This document shows, piece after piece, positions 33,301 to 43,164 of a DNA stretch of 64,000 nucleotides. Under the pieces are notes generated by a model. It did no database searches, was not told the DNA's origin, and saw nothing but the letters and a program-made list of their open reading frames with translations. The position numbers and the translations under genes are program-made. This DNA is from Azolla caroliniana (Eukaryota; Plantae; Polypodiophyta). The DNA is taken from the NCBI GenBank assembly GCA_043228905.1, contig JBHGNT010000004.1, forward strand, positions 7,626,001 to 7,690,000. Reading direction: 5' to 3'. Numbering within the stretch: position 1 is the first letter of the stretch; every line of letters starts with the position of its first letter.

Positions 33301-36300
33301 AAGAAATACGACTCAATGGAGATTGGCCTTGGAGGATTTCCTTGAGTTCCTTCCGCTTGAGCGGATGATATCGGGTCGTTATTATGAGCCATTGAATGAT
33401 AATTTCTGGCAAAGAAATAGGATAAGGTCAGACAAATAGTCATAACATCATATCGTGATGTAAACATATCATGTGCCAACATTAATCGATATCATGGTCT
33501 CACGTCAATACCCCTCTAGATGTATGAGATGATCAGGTTACTATGGTAACAAAAAGGTGTTTTAAAAACCATGGGGGTGACAAATAAATGTCTTTCTATG
33601 ATCTTTATATCGATTTTTTCATGGCGGCTCCCTGAGGCTCAACCATGTATGTTTGCGTCATGAATAGTTTATACACGAAAAAAATGTTAACAATCAACTA
33701 TGTTTCTGTGCCGATGTATGTGGTTTCAGCTCTTTAAGTCCTATTACGAGGACCTCGAAGTGCACTTAGACGTAAAGTCTAAACATGTATTATAGTCATA
33801 TGTATCAGCAATGTTGTATGGTCTTGGTCATATTTGAACTCGAGACCTCGAGAACAAATGCATTAAACACTTGAGCTAACCAAATAGGTTGCTCTTGTTG
33901 AATGTTTAACGTTTTATGCACATAAGAGATATGCGAGGCATTTGCCCATATATGTTTTTTTAAAAGAAACATATGTGTCAATAGTCCTTATTTCCCTCTC
34001 GTTTACCACAAACTATGTTGGTACGTTACCTAACCTCAAGTCTCATAATTACGATGGCATATGCCAAAGTGCAACCTAATGAGCTAGATCGAACTACCAA
34101 ATCGCTTTGATACCATGTAAAGAATTAAGAGATGGATTCTTGTGAAGCGGAATAGGTGTGAACTGTGTGTGTGTGTGTATGAGATAGATAGAGAGAGAGA
34201 GAGAGACATAGAGTATACGCAAGGTTAAGTATATTAACAAAGAAGAAAGACACAACTAAATACAAGGTGGGAGGAGGGTGCTTTATATAGTCACCCTCTC
34301 TCTTCATTAACTACAAGACTCATGGAGCATGGGGAATGTGAAAGCTCATAAGTTATGTGTCATAGAATATGATTCTATGACTCATACTAAATGCTAGAAT
34401 ACAAAGAGGTGACATAATGGTGACTCTTGACCGTTGGAGTGTCTATTCACTCTCAAGGTGAGTTCACACACTAGACCAAGTTCAGCTTGATTCTCAACAG
34501 ATTCGTTCCACCTCTTGTCCGAATCAGTCGCTCCCGATTTGTTCCGGCTCTTGTCCGAGTCGGTGTTCTCCAACTCGTCTTCCGGTTTTAGGCCTTTCAC
34601 CATATCAGACCATGTCCGGGTCTTGGCCTTGTCCTTCCGGTCGGCTCTGTCCTTCTTGACTCTGCTGCCGTTGCCGCTTGTTCCGACTTGTTCGGATGTG
34701 CTGACTTCCTTCGTCGACTCGGCTTCCTTTTTCCCTTTGTCGCCCCCTTTGTTGGTTCTTTCTTCATCTCCGGCTCCTTGTCTGGTGCCATCCGTTCCCT
34801 TTCCTTCTCTCCCCCTCAAGTGCGGCACGTTGAGATGCTGAACACCAAGCATTTCGGTGAAGTGCTGCAACTTGTCCGATCCGAGCGGTTTAGTGAAGAT
34901 ATTGGCAACTTGCCGATCCGTCTGGACTTACCAAAGTTCAACTTCACCGCTCAAAACCCGCTCACGCACAAAGTGATAGTGAACTTCTATGTGCTTCGTT
35001 TGAGCATGGAACACGGGGTTCTTGGCGAGTTGAATGCTGCTCATGTTGTCACAGTAGATCAGGATTGGGGTTGGTACCTCAATCCGTAGGTCTTGCAGCA
35101 GTCGCAGAAGCCAGATGGCTTCACATGTGGCAACGGTAGTGCCCCGATACTCAGCCTTAGTGCTCGACAGAGCCACTGTTGGTTGCTTTTTGCTGATCAC
35201 TCCGACCGGGTAACTGAGGTCGGGTCGAGTGATTGTCAGGTATGAGGCTTCCGACAATTGGTCGGAACCGTTTCTCATCGTAAGCCGGTCTGGAGTTGGG
35301 ATGGAGCTTCTGGTTCCGGTCCAGGGGTGTGGAGACAGGTTGGCATTCCGTCATGCCGAACTTGTACAGCATATTCAACATATAGTGTCGTTGTGAGAGC
35401 AATATGCTGTCGGGGGTTCGGATCACCTCGATCCCAAGAAAATAATGAAGGTCCCCCAGGTCCTTCATTTCAAATGCGCCCAACAGTTGGGACTTTACTC
35501 GACCGATTTCATTGAGTTCGGGTCCGGTGATGACTAAATCATCAACATAAAGTAGGATGCAAACCGGACCGTCCGGACCTTGCCGGATGAACAACGAGGA
35601 GTCGGATTTAGAGGTCACAAACCCCATCTTACGCAACCGGTGCGTGATCTTCGCATTCCAAGCTTGGGGGGCTTGTTTCAGACCGTAAAGGGACTTCTTA
35701 AGCCGGCACACTACTGACTTGTTCATCTCCGACTGAAAACCGGGAGGTTGGATCATATAGACCCGTTCTTCAAGGTCACCTTGAAGAAACGCATTCTTCA
35801 CATCCATCTGGTGAATATGCCACCCCCTTGCCGTAGCAACCGCCAGTAGCACATGAACTGTCATCATCTTCGCTACCGGAGCGAAGGTCTCGTCGTAGTC
35901 GATTCCGTGAGTCTGAGCGTATCCCTTCGCCACTAACCGGGCCTTGTACCGGTTAACCGAACCGTTGGCATTGTACTTTACCTTGTACACCCACTTACAT
36001 CCAATCGATTTATAGTGTCGGGGAGGGTGAACGAGGTCCCATGTGTCGTTGGCATCGAGTGCCCGCATTTCTTCTTCCATAGTGGCACGCCAATTTGCGT
36101 CCTTTGCCAATTCTGCATAGCTCTCCGGCTCACGCACCTCCGCCACTTTGGTCATATACGCATAGTGATGCGCCATGTGCTCATTGTACCCGTACCGCGT
36201 AATGGGGTTCTTCTGGCGGGAAGACCGGCGTAACTTGTCATCACCCGGTTTGGGGCCCTTCGTGACCGGTTCGGACTTCGTTCCCAAAGATCCGCCTTCA

Positions 36301-39053
36301 TCCTTTCCGGAGTCGGAGTTGCTCCGATCCGATTCAATGTTGCTGATTTCGTATTCCGGCATCTTCTTCTTCCCCTTCTCTTTGCGCGTGAACCGTCTCC
36401 TCGGTCCCTTGTGCGAGGAGAGCACGGCAGAGTCTCCACTACTCGCCGGTTCTTCATCCAACTGGTCATCTCGACTTAGCTGCTCATTCGGTCCACTGAG
36501 CCGGAATGAGATCAGACTCTCTTCTAGAGTGTCGAAGTCTTCTACCTGGACCTCCTTGGGCTCACTAGCCTCATCTTCCAGAATCGGGACTTCGTCGGGA
36601 GTTGGAGTTGGTAAGGAGTACCATGATGCGGTCTCATTAAACTCGACATCTCGGCTTACTCGGACTTGCTTAGTCCGAGGGTTATAGCACTTATACCCCT
36701 TCTGCTCATGCGAGTAGCCGACTAGGATGCATTTCTCTGACTTCGGATCTAACTTCTTCCGCTTCTCATCCGGTACATGAACATATGCTATGCTATCTAA
36801 TATCCGAAGGTGTCTCAAATTCGGCTTCCGCCCGAAATACAGCTCATGTGCTGACACTGTATCCCCGATCCGGTTTTGGATGTAGACGGTCGTCTAGACT
36901 GCCTCAACCCAGTAGAATTGGGGCATGCTCTTCTCCTCCAGCATTGCCCTTGCTGCGTCGACAATCGACCGGTTCTTCCTTGCGGCCACACCGTTTTGCT
37001 CCGGCGTGTATTTGCAACTGAATTCTCTCCGAATTCCGTTCTGCTGCAGATAACTGTTGAATTGGCCGGAAAAGTATCCTTTTCCACCATCCAACCGAAA
37101 TCACTTGACCTTCCTCTCCCTTTCCCGTTCAACTAAGCTTTGCAAGTTCTGGAAACGTTCGAAGACTTTGCTCTTCCGTTCGATGAGGTAGATCCTCGTG
37201 TGCCGGCTGTAGTCGTCAATGAAAGAGACGAAGTATCGACTCCCGCCAAGACTAACGTTCTGTGCCGGTTCCCATACATCCGAATGTATTAGATCTAGCT
37301 TGTTACGGCTCCGGTTTCATTCGGTAGGGAATGGAAGCCGGTGTTGCTTCCCGAGTTGGCAAGCTTCACAAATTTCGGCCTTCCGACCGCTAAATCTTGG
37401 CAAACCGAAGACAAGTTGTTTCGATTGTAGGTCCTGAAGCCTCCGGTAGTTGACGTGGCTGATCCGCTTGTGCCACAGGTCGATGTCCGACTCGATCTTC
37501 TGCCCTTTGGCAAACATGGCGGTGCCAACGTCATTGGTGTTGAGGATGAACATCCTCCCTTCTCTGCGCCCTTGCGCAATTATCCGGCCTTCTTCCTCAA
37601 TGAAGCGCCCTAGGTGCGTAAACCGCACTTGCATCCCCTGGTCGACGATTTGTCCAACTGACACTAGGTTCTTTGTGATGGTCGGAACGTGTAGTACGTT
37701 CATCAGCTTCCCCTTTTGTCCGACATGGCTTAAAGGGACTTCTCCGACATGCACAATCGGGTGAGGGGTGTCGTCTCCGGTTTCAACAATCCCCGGTTGT
37801 TCCGGCTTCTCCAAAAAAGAGAACCACTCTTTATGGCTCGTCATGTGGTTGGATGCTCCGGAATCGACGTACCATACTTCCTCCAATTTGGGAGTAGTCT
37901 TCTTCATCGAGTTAGCCTTGTGCTTCATAACGAAGGCTGGCCCTTTATTGGTTTTCCCGATTCCGGATCCTTCCGATCCTTCCGTGTAGTGCGAGCTTTG
38001 CCGGTTCTCTCAACTGGTTTTGCTGGATCCGGATTTGTCCGAATTGGCGTGCTTCTTCCAGCACTCGCTTTCCCTGTGGCCCTTTTTGCCACAATACCAG
38101 CATTCTGTGTCGGCCTTTCCTTGCCGGTTCCCGGCGCCCCTTTGACTCCCCCTGCTTGTGGAGGGTTCGGAACTGCTGTTGGCACCACCTTTGTGCCTCC
38201 GGTCCTGCTCTTGCCGACCCACCCTGACCATGGGGCCGATCTGTCTCCGTGTATAGCATACGGCCGTCCAATTGAGTGGTCCTTGACCCACTCGTGTGGT
38301 TTTCTTCGACCATCAGCATCGATTGCAAGTCAAAGAAAGACGATGGTTTCTCCCAGGTGCAGATCACTGTCCGGATTGGCCCGTACCTTTGCGCTAGACC
38401 ACCAAGGCAGATTTGTACCATCTCATTCTCGTCCACCGTCACGTTGATGGACCCGAGTGCGTCGCAAATCTCCTTTATCATGGTGGTGTAATCTGTAACC
38501 AACATGTTTCTTTGCCAGATGTTGTTCAGCTCTTGCCGGAGCTGCAACTTACGGGTTGTGGTACTCACGGTGAAAATCTTCCTCAAATTTTCCCCTGGCC
38601 TCCTTCAGCGGCTTTGCATCCTTGTTGTAGCCGAGCATCTGATCGTGCACATAGGATGCAAGGTAGTACAATACTCGGCTTGCTCCTTGCTCCCATACCG
38701 GGAAGTCATTGTGTGCCGGCTCCGGCGCTACCTCGTTCATTCCTTCCACGAAGCTCCAATATCCATGCCCCAACAGGTACTGGTGCATCTTGTATGACCA
38801 GGACGCGTAGTTGCTCCGGTTGAGCTTCTTTGTTGGAAGTGAACTCATCATTCCTCTGTCCACATCCTCTCTCTGTCTGTTGTTACTGGGTTCTAGGGTT
38901 CGTCTATGGAAGCAAGTGTCGGCTGCAGAGGTTCTCAACCCTCATGCTCTGTAAACGTGCAGAAGCGTTAGACAAAACCAACTTAGTCGGATAGCAACAG
39001 AGAATAAGATGAAGGTTTAATGGAGTAGCTTAACACACAGAGAATACACATGG

Positions 39054-39084
<31 letters not shown>

Positions 39085-42000
39085 CAGAACATAAACTCAA
39101 TTCAAAAATATCACTAAAACTCTGTACATGCAACGTGCTAAACAACACTATTTATACAAGTCCATAAAGGACTGATAGAAGTATTGACACGTACTTCAAT
39201 ATTCCTACGTGTGACTAACACTAACTACGAGACAATGATTACCTAGTAGTCTAGGCTACTACTAGGCTTCCGGTTCCTGCTCGAATCCAGCTCTCCGATC
39301 CGTCTCCTTGATCCGGCCGGTTGTTTCCGAATACCATCCGGATACCGATCCGGCTCATCCTTCCGGATGCCGATCCGGCTCAGGCTTATTCAGCTGATCC
39401 GGATCCGGTTGAGCTTGCTCGATCAACAGACATTAATATATCTAGTGTTTCCAAGTGTTTGTATATCGTTCCCAACCACCGATGCTAGGAAATGCTAGAG
39501 GCTCCGGAGGAATGGCTGTATTGTACAGAAAGGAGATGCATGATAGAATGCATGTCGTGCATAATGATGCAGATGCACACTATATGTGGATAAGAATCAG
39601 AAGAGGGAACCTTAGGGAGCTATATATTGCAAAGGCGTCACAATAGATCAACTCCTACTCATGCTACAAGTCAATAGTGGCTACAAAATAGGCTCCCAAC
39701 TATGACATTGCAAAGGGGAAACACCATTACCTCTGTAAGCAAGGCGTTGGCCCATTACCCAAGGTAATGGAATATTAGACAATGGCTTTTCTCACTCAAA
39801 CTCTAGAGATGCAAGAAGTTTCTCGCTGGCATAATAGGTAGTGGCTTGTTGCTCTCAAAGATGAGACAACAATTCAGATGTAATCTCTTGTTTGGTCTTA
39901 TAGGCCATTTTGGCCTATCAAAAGATTTAGAGAGAGCTTTAGTGCCAATGATTGCCCACATGATAAGGAGCAATGCATCGGTGCCCCATGATATAATCCA
40001 GCCAGAGATGGGAGTAGCGCCTATAATCATCGAGGCATTATTTTTCTCAATGACCTCTATCCCAGGACTTTGGGAGCTCCCTAAAGGAAGGTACTCAAGG
40101 TTGGCACTTATGTAATGAAGGCAACTTGCTGAACATGGAGCCATTCATTGTTGGTATGCTAAAATGCAACAATGGTTTGAGTCACATGGCATAAGCAAAA
40201 ATGAGTAGTAACCCCATTCCAATATAGCTTGGACCGTCCCCATTGAAACTTAACTAAATTAGAAAATAATAGAGTGATCCCAATTAATATTATTAACTTG
40301 GAAAGCAAGATAATATGGATCAGCCCCCAAATATCAGTTGGTAGGAAGATGGCCCACAATAAGACTCAGTTTTTACACACATCGGATGATGGATTCATCG
40401 TCAGGCCATCTTATATGGATATACATCTATGCTATGCGCTGCGTAGTGTGATAGCGCATCTATGAACTTCATCACACCAATTAGAGATTGAGGTAGGCAG
40501 ATATGCATCATTAGGGAATGGAATCCCAAGGACACTATGTTTGTCATTGTAGTGCCTTTTATGAAATAAGGAGACACCATTGCCTCTTTGAACAGGGCTT
40601 CACACACTATGCAAGGTAATGGAATATGATTACCAATAGTGCTGGAAACTTTTTTTGCTAGAACTCAAGAGACACAAGGAAAATTTGTTAAAGGACAACA
40701 ATACAAGCACACAAGATTATCCACAAAGAACAATAACAACTTTCTTTAGCCCCATCACGCCTGCTAATGCTACAAGTCAATTAAGGGCCACACAAATGGG
40801 CTCCCGACCAGAACATAACAAAGGGATTACAATAGATCGGGCAATAGCATTTTGTTGTGCATGTAGGCCCTGGCCCATGGGACTGCGATCTCACTACTCT
40901 TGTCATCGATAAATGAAGGCCGTTATCCCCCACCGTCGCATGTGCTTCCCTTGCTTCGGAGACGTCTCCATTGTGGATCAACCTATGCTAAAGACCTTTT
41001 GAAGACCAAAATTACAACGTATCTGACTTGAGAGTCTTACATCTGCCGATATAAGATTCTTTAGTCTATTTTTAACTTAGGTGCCTTTTTTTTTTTACTT
41101 AGCAGCATTTATTTATTTTGATTTTTTGTTCTCAAAGACAAGACAACACTTGAGATGTAATCTCTTGCTTGGACTCATAGGCCATTTTGACCTCTTAAGA
41201 ATGTTAATGAATCTTTCTTTCTTTCTCTGTTTGGTTGTTTACTATCATAAAATTAAAATGAGATATAATGAGGAATTGCATCTTACGATATCACCTCATC
41301 TTTGAAACGACCCAGCCAAAATAAATATGAGTAAATTTGTGAACCGGTTTAGTGCTTAGCTAAGCATGACATTCTGCACCTACTAGATGAACTGAAACTT
41401 CTACCTTTGAAAGATCTCTAACATGAGCTGATCCAAGATGGAAAGTTCTCTGAAGCAGAGGAAGTACCATTAGTTTTGGTTGATAATGGTCTTGATTTGT
41501 ATATGTTAATGATAATGGGTTCATGGTTTAGATGAACCTCTTATGAATGGTTTTGTCAAGTCCCTACTTTTGTACCCCTTGGTTGACTTATAGAAGAGAA
41601 TACTTCTTAGAATTCTATTATGTTGTGTAGTGGACCAAAACTTGTACCTCTGACTGGCACATTCAAAATTATGAGCATTAGCAGATCCATTCTTCCATAT
41701 ATTTGCATGCATATCTGTGTCTCTCTCTTATTAACTGATGTTAAGAGGTCTTGAGCTTCACTATCATTCTATGGAGGCACGAGAGATGTGTATCCATATA
41801 AGAGGGAATCCATCTTGTGACAAGATGAAAAGAGGGCCTTATAGTTCATCTTCCTACTATGAGGCATTGTGTGGCTGATCCATATTCTTAAATCAGCCAA
41901 TTTTATGATATCAGTTCAGGTTACCCTATTCTTTCATACTATGATAATGTTCAAGTGTGAATAATCCAGGGTAAATTGGAATTGATTGTAATACATTTGT

Positions 42001-43164
42001 ATTTACTCCATGTGATTGGAACCTTTCCTGCATGGGCTAACAAACTTGGCTAATCACCAATTTATAGCCATCATATGATAAAAGAAAGGTGATTGCTTGT
42101 ATGGTTTCAGGCTATAAGGCGATTTTGGATAAGGAATGATTTGAAGGGTGCTGTGGAGGCCATGGGGAAAATTGCAGATCAATCTGTAAGTTGATTAACG
42201 CCTTTCTATGTATCAAATGCTTGAATTTAGGTAAAGAATGGCTGTATAATTTGTATTTGTATACAAATTCATTATTTGTCTTTTGCAGGTAGTTGTCGAT
42301 GTACTCAGTTGTTGGATGGACCGGAGTGAGCTCTTTACACTTGAAGTGTCTGGTTTACTTCTTCCCTTATTGAATGGTTTACTGAGTAGTGCTGTGGAAA
42401 GGTAATTGCTTAAATTAATATTACAAAGGGTATTCTATTTCAATACGGTGATAGTAAGTTTTCAGTTAAATAATTACTTTATGCAGATATCTAAGTACAG
42501 CGTTATCTGTATTATCAATGATTGTAAAGAATTTTGGCCAAGTTATTCATACAACTCGCACAACATCGCTAGCTTTTGGTATTGATTTCCAAGCTGAAGA
42601 AAGGTGGGAACTTGTTGCAAATTGATTATTAAGGGGATTCCGAATGCCATTGATTTCTTGTATGCTCATTGACTATAAAACATTTTCTACAATGACACAG
42701 TAAATTTGTTTGAAGTTTTCTCCACTGGTAACGATTCTAATTATTGTAAGCCTTTGGATATGGTTCAGGATTGAGCGTTGCAATGCGTGCTATGCCGAAC
42801 TTCAAATCATCATGAAAAATTTAATTCCCCTTATGAGGTAAATGTGTATGTATACTCTCTGTTTTCATTAGAACTTCCAATTTCACCCTATGATATGTTC
42901 AGTCACCTGCGATTGCTCTTTGTGTGTTCTTTGTATCTCTTATTTCAAGACAGAACAGATTGTCTAAAAACTCCAGAGATTGATAATAAGTTGTTGTTTC
43001 CTCCAAAATACTTAGAACATGTGTTGTTTTCCTAAGCGTTTATCCCAATGATAGAATAGCATTCTAAACCTTGAATGGCATACACATACAACCGTTTTTA
43101 TAGAAAAGGTGGTGATATTGGAAAAGCTGCACAAGATTTGAATGTACGCCTTCAAGATGTGTGA
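15013..43164 (+). CDS. KTN80: Katanin p80 WD40 repeat-containing subunit B1 homolog (17 coding exons, ~610 aa)
   Basis: Exons: 15013-15034, 15296-15429, 16051-16168, 16249-16475, 16840-16942, 27822-27892, 28096-28170, 28248-28391, 28463-28640, 30016-30078, 30156-30289, 30593-30721, 42111-42185, 42289-42401, 42487-42603, 42769-42837, 43104-43164. All introns are GT-AG, phases are consistent, and the total is 1833 nt. Translation includes MDRSYKLQEFVAH...TGGEDHKVN...[13 protein letters not shown]...[30 protein letters not shown]...[10 protein letters not shown] and the con80 domain [15 protein letters not shown]...[12 protein letters not shown]. Linker exons 9-11 are less certain. Confidence 0.95.
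15035..15295 (+). other. U12-type (minor spliceosome) GT-AG intron 1 of KTN80
   Basis: 5' splice site GTATCCTT; branch site TTCCTTAAC at 15272-15280, 15 nt before the 3' end; no polypyrimidine tract. Confidence 0.92.
18160..18521 (+). mobile_element. LINE 3'-end fragment
   Basis: Homologous to 19825-20195, 25790-25990 and 40860-41228; ends in a TTTC-type tail. Confidence 0.7.
18550..20195 (+). mobile_element. 5'-truncated degenerate non-LTR retrotransposon (RTE-X/L2-like C-terminus)
   Basis: Frameshifted RT tail (TPTLLxxVETWG), then [12 protein letters not shown]...RIx[12 protein letters not shown] cysteine region, 3' UTR and a (TTTC)n tail at ~20180-20195. Boundaries are approximate. Confidence 0.75.
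20261..20449. repeat. Inverted repeat (49-bp perfect arms, 91-nt loop)
   Basis: 20261-20309 is the exact reverse complement of 20401-20449. Confidence 0.95.
20445..20826. repeat. Long inverted repeat (165-bp arms, 52-nt loop)
   Basis: 20445-20609 is the reverse complement of 20662-20826 with 3 differences. Confidence 0.95.
20522..24415 (-). CDS. Copia gag-pol polyprotein (1297 aa), uninterrupted, with the RNase H C-terminus replaced
   Basis: Zinc knuckle [14 protein letters not shown], protease WLLDSGAS, integrase [32 protein letters not shown]...YVDDML, RNase H TDSDFAG...EAEYVA. Confidence 0.95.
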   Translation of the reverse strand: MMASTSGSSEMSLRKFDGSNFNFWKEQMQDYLIVKGQIDPIENEEPPEGYKPIEWQKLDRIVRATIRMHLSESVYFTVQSCTTAFELWKTLSDTYEKKVAATKMFLIRRLYNLRMKESDSVQAHLNEYESISSQISSQGTAIEDELRAMILMSSLPSSWETFVTTVCNASTTAVKYSEVTSAILTEAARRKSFAKDSTDDAYVVQGSTDRSNIRGRDSSRPPNNQRRRSQSRDNRICNYCKKPGHIKADCRALKNKNYKKSGRHEEINYVSSSADVLPDDPNILSIENPVGSEVLLTTEESSTWLLDSGASFHVTPHRSQFRQYTIRHSDSVRVGNSQHCDIIGIGTVELNLAGGSTLVLHNVRHVPELSRPLISVGQLDEDGIRAGFSSGGWTLHRGNLLLARGPKIHSLYPLHVTLREGNLFLVDIPVSSLWHRRLGHLSKAGITHLSRAGYIPKLSFSDHQFCEHCQYGKQVAASHPTSAPRETRPLDLVHSDVCGPMPHQSLGGASYFVTFIDDSTRKVWAYPIRTKDRVFSIFTDWLAMVENQTDRKLKCFRTDNGGEFKSEEFVKFCRQRGIRREFTAPHSPEQNGIAERMNRTIQERIVSMLQHSGLSDGFWAEALLTAVHIINMSPSRPLGLQIPQELWIGSKPNYDKLRIFGCEAYALIPKDDRRKLAPRSRKCIFLGYGSDGEMGYRLWDPERRQIVRSSDVVFNESAMNPSVEKSIEVRRVTFSDVPTLQEGPALNTRSASRVAEPYTTDSDNSDSAQQNNPLSDHPTLIPDATSPILPRRSERLSQPPERYSPGVFFTDAGEPTSYEEASTSVDSATWHLAMESEMHSIRANKTWDLVELPRNRRALPCKWVYRLKETSDSTTPKYKARLVAKGFRQEYGVDFDEIFSPVVKMTTLRFLLGVVAADNLELIQLDVKTAFLHGDLEEEIYMEQPKGFVATGQEHLVCRLRKSLYGLKQAPRQWYKKFDDFIQSIGFSKSDEDHCLFTNTAQDGSPIFLIIYVDDMLISGRHAGELADLIRQLRLKFAMKDLGPARHILGMKISRHRDKRHLFLSQTDYIGRVLERFNMQSAKSASTPLPMNLRLSQRDCPTSGPEGEDMKSVPYAPAVGSLMYLMVATRPDISHAVGVVSRFMHNPGRSHWNAVKHVFRYLAGTKDHGILFGPNRTSGVVGYTDSDFAGCIDSRKSTTEYCFKFGNGAISWKSKLQECTATSTTEAEYVAASDAAKEALWLSRLAHTFRQVDHDSAPVVYSDSQGAVALSKRVRQPTEPQSFFCCVGRSYIFCFGR
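25590..25990 (+). mobile_element. Diverged LINE 3' UTR fragment (same family as 18550-20195)
   Basis: Shares the GATAGCAATTTGTC..., CTTGTCATCGATAG and GAAGACAAAAATT...TTGAGAATCTT blocks with the other copies. Confidence 0.6.
26753..27133 (+). pseudogene. Captured fragment of an octicosapeptide/Phox/Bem1p (PB1) domain gene
   Basis: [32 protein letters not shown] matches the plant PB1 N-terminal consensus KLMCSxGGKIxPRPxDxxLRYVGGxTRI; the domain is truncated after this. Confidence 0.85.
27301..27356. repeat. (AG)28 microsatellite
   Basis: Read directly; lies inside the Pack-MULE. Confidence 0.95.
30790..31179. repeat. Tandem duplications, including a 164-bp-period copy of the solo-LTR junction
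   Basis: Repeated CCCATAACTGA/CCCATAACTAA units; the block around 30905-31014 recurs at ~31069-31178. Confidence 0.85.
31096..31735. mobile_element. Solo LTR (640 bp)
   Basis: TGTTAGA...TCTAACA termini; 5-bp TSD ATATT (31091-31095 / 31736-31740). Confidence 0.85.
32509..33263 (-). pseudogene. Degenerate Ty3/gypsy-type gag (Retrotrans_gag-like)
   Basis: Frameshifted ORFs 32922..33263 and 32509..33018 give PFTGE...WLGRW...KIAYV...[17 protein letters not shown]...LEDYV...FVNGI...DPKSFEEAV. Confidence 0.7.
34104..34499 (-). mobile_element. Copia family-A LTR (34116-34499) with tRNA-iMet PBS (34115-34104)
   Basis: Minus strand reads TGTTGAGAATCAAGC...TTCTTTACA followed by TGGTATCAAAGC; homologous to 50909-51308. 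Confidence 0.9.
34500..39428 (-). mobile_element. Degenerate Ty1/copia element (family B), 5' LTR 38950-39428, no matching 3' LTR
   Basis: gag [23 protein letters not shown], knuckle [14 protein letters not shown], protease [12 protein letters not shown], integrase, [17 protein letters not shown] and partial RNase H; several frameshifts. Confidence 0.92.
39430..41228 (+). mobile_element. Composite LINE remnants (AP-endonuclease fragment, plus RT C-terminus and 3' end)
   Basis: [13 protein letters not shown]...YMWIRI...LYIA (endonuclease, 39455-39630). 39920-41228 is collinear with 18815-20195 and has a (TTTC) tail at ~41214-41228. Confidence 0.75.

Noticed and set aside
37749-38447. 232-aa + strand ORF and similar ORFs opposite Copia/Gypsy pol
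   Set aside because: Antisense shadows of GC-rich retrotransposon coding sequence with no independent features.
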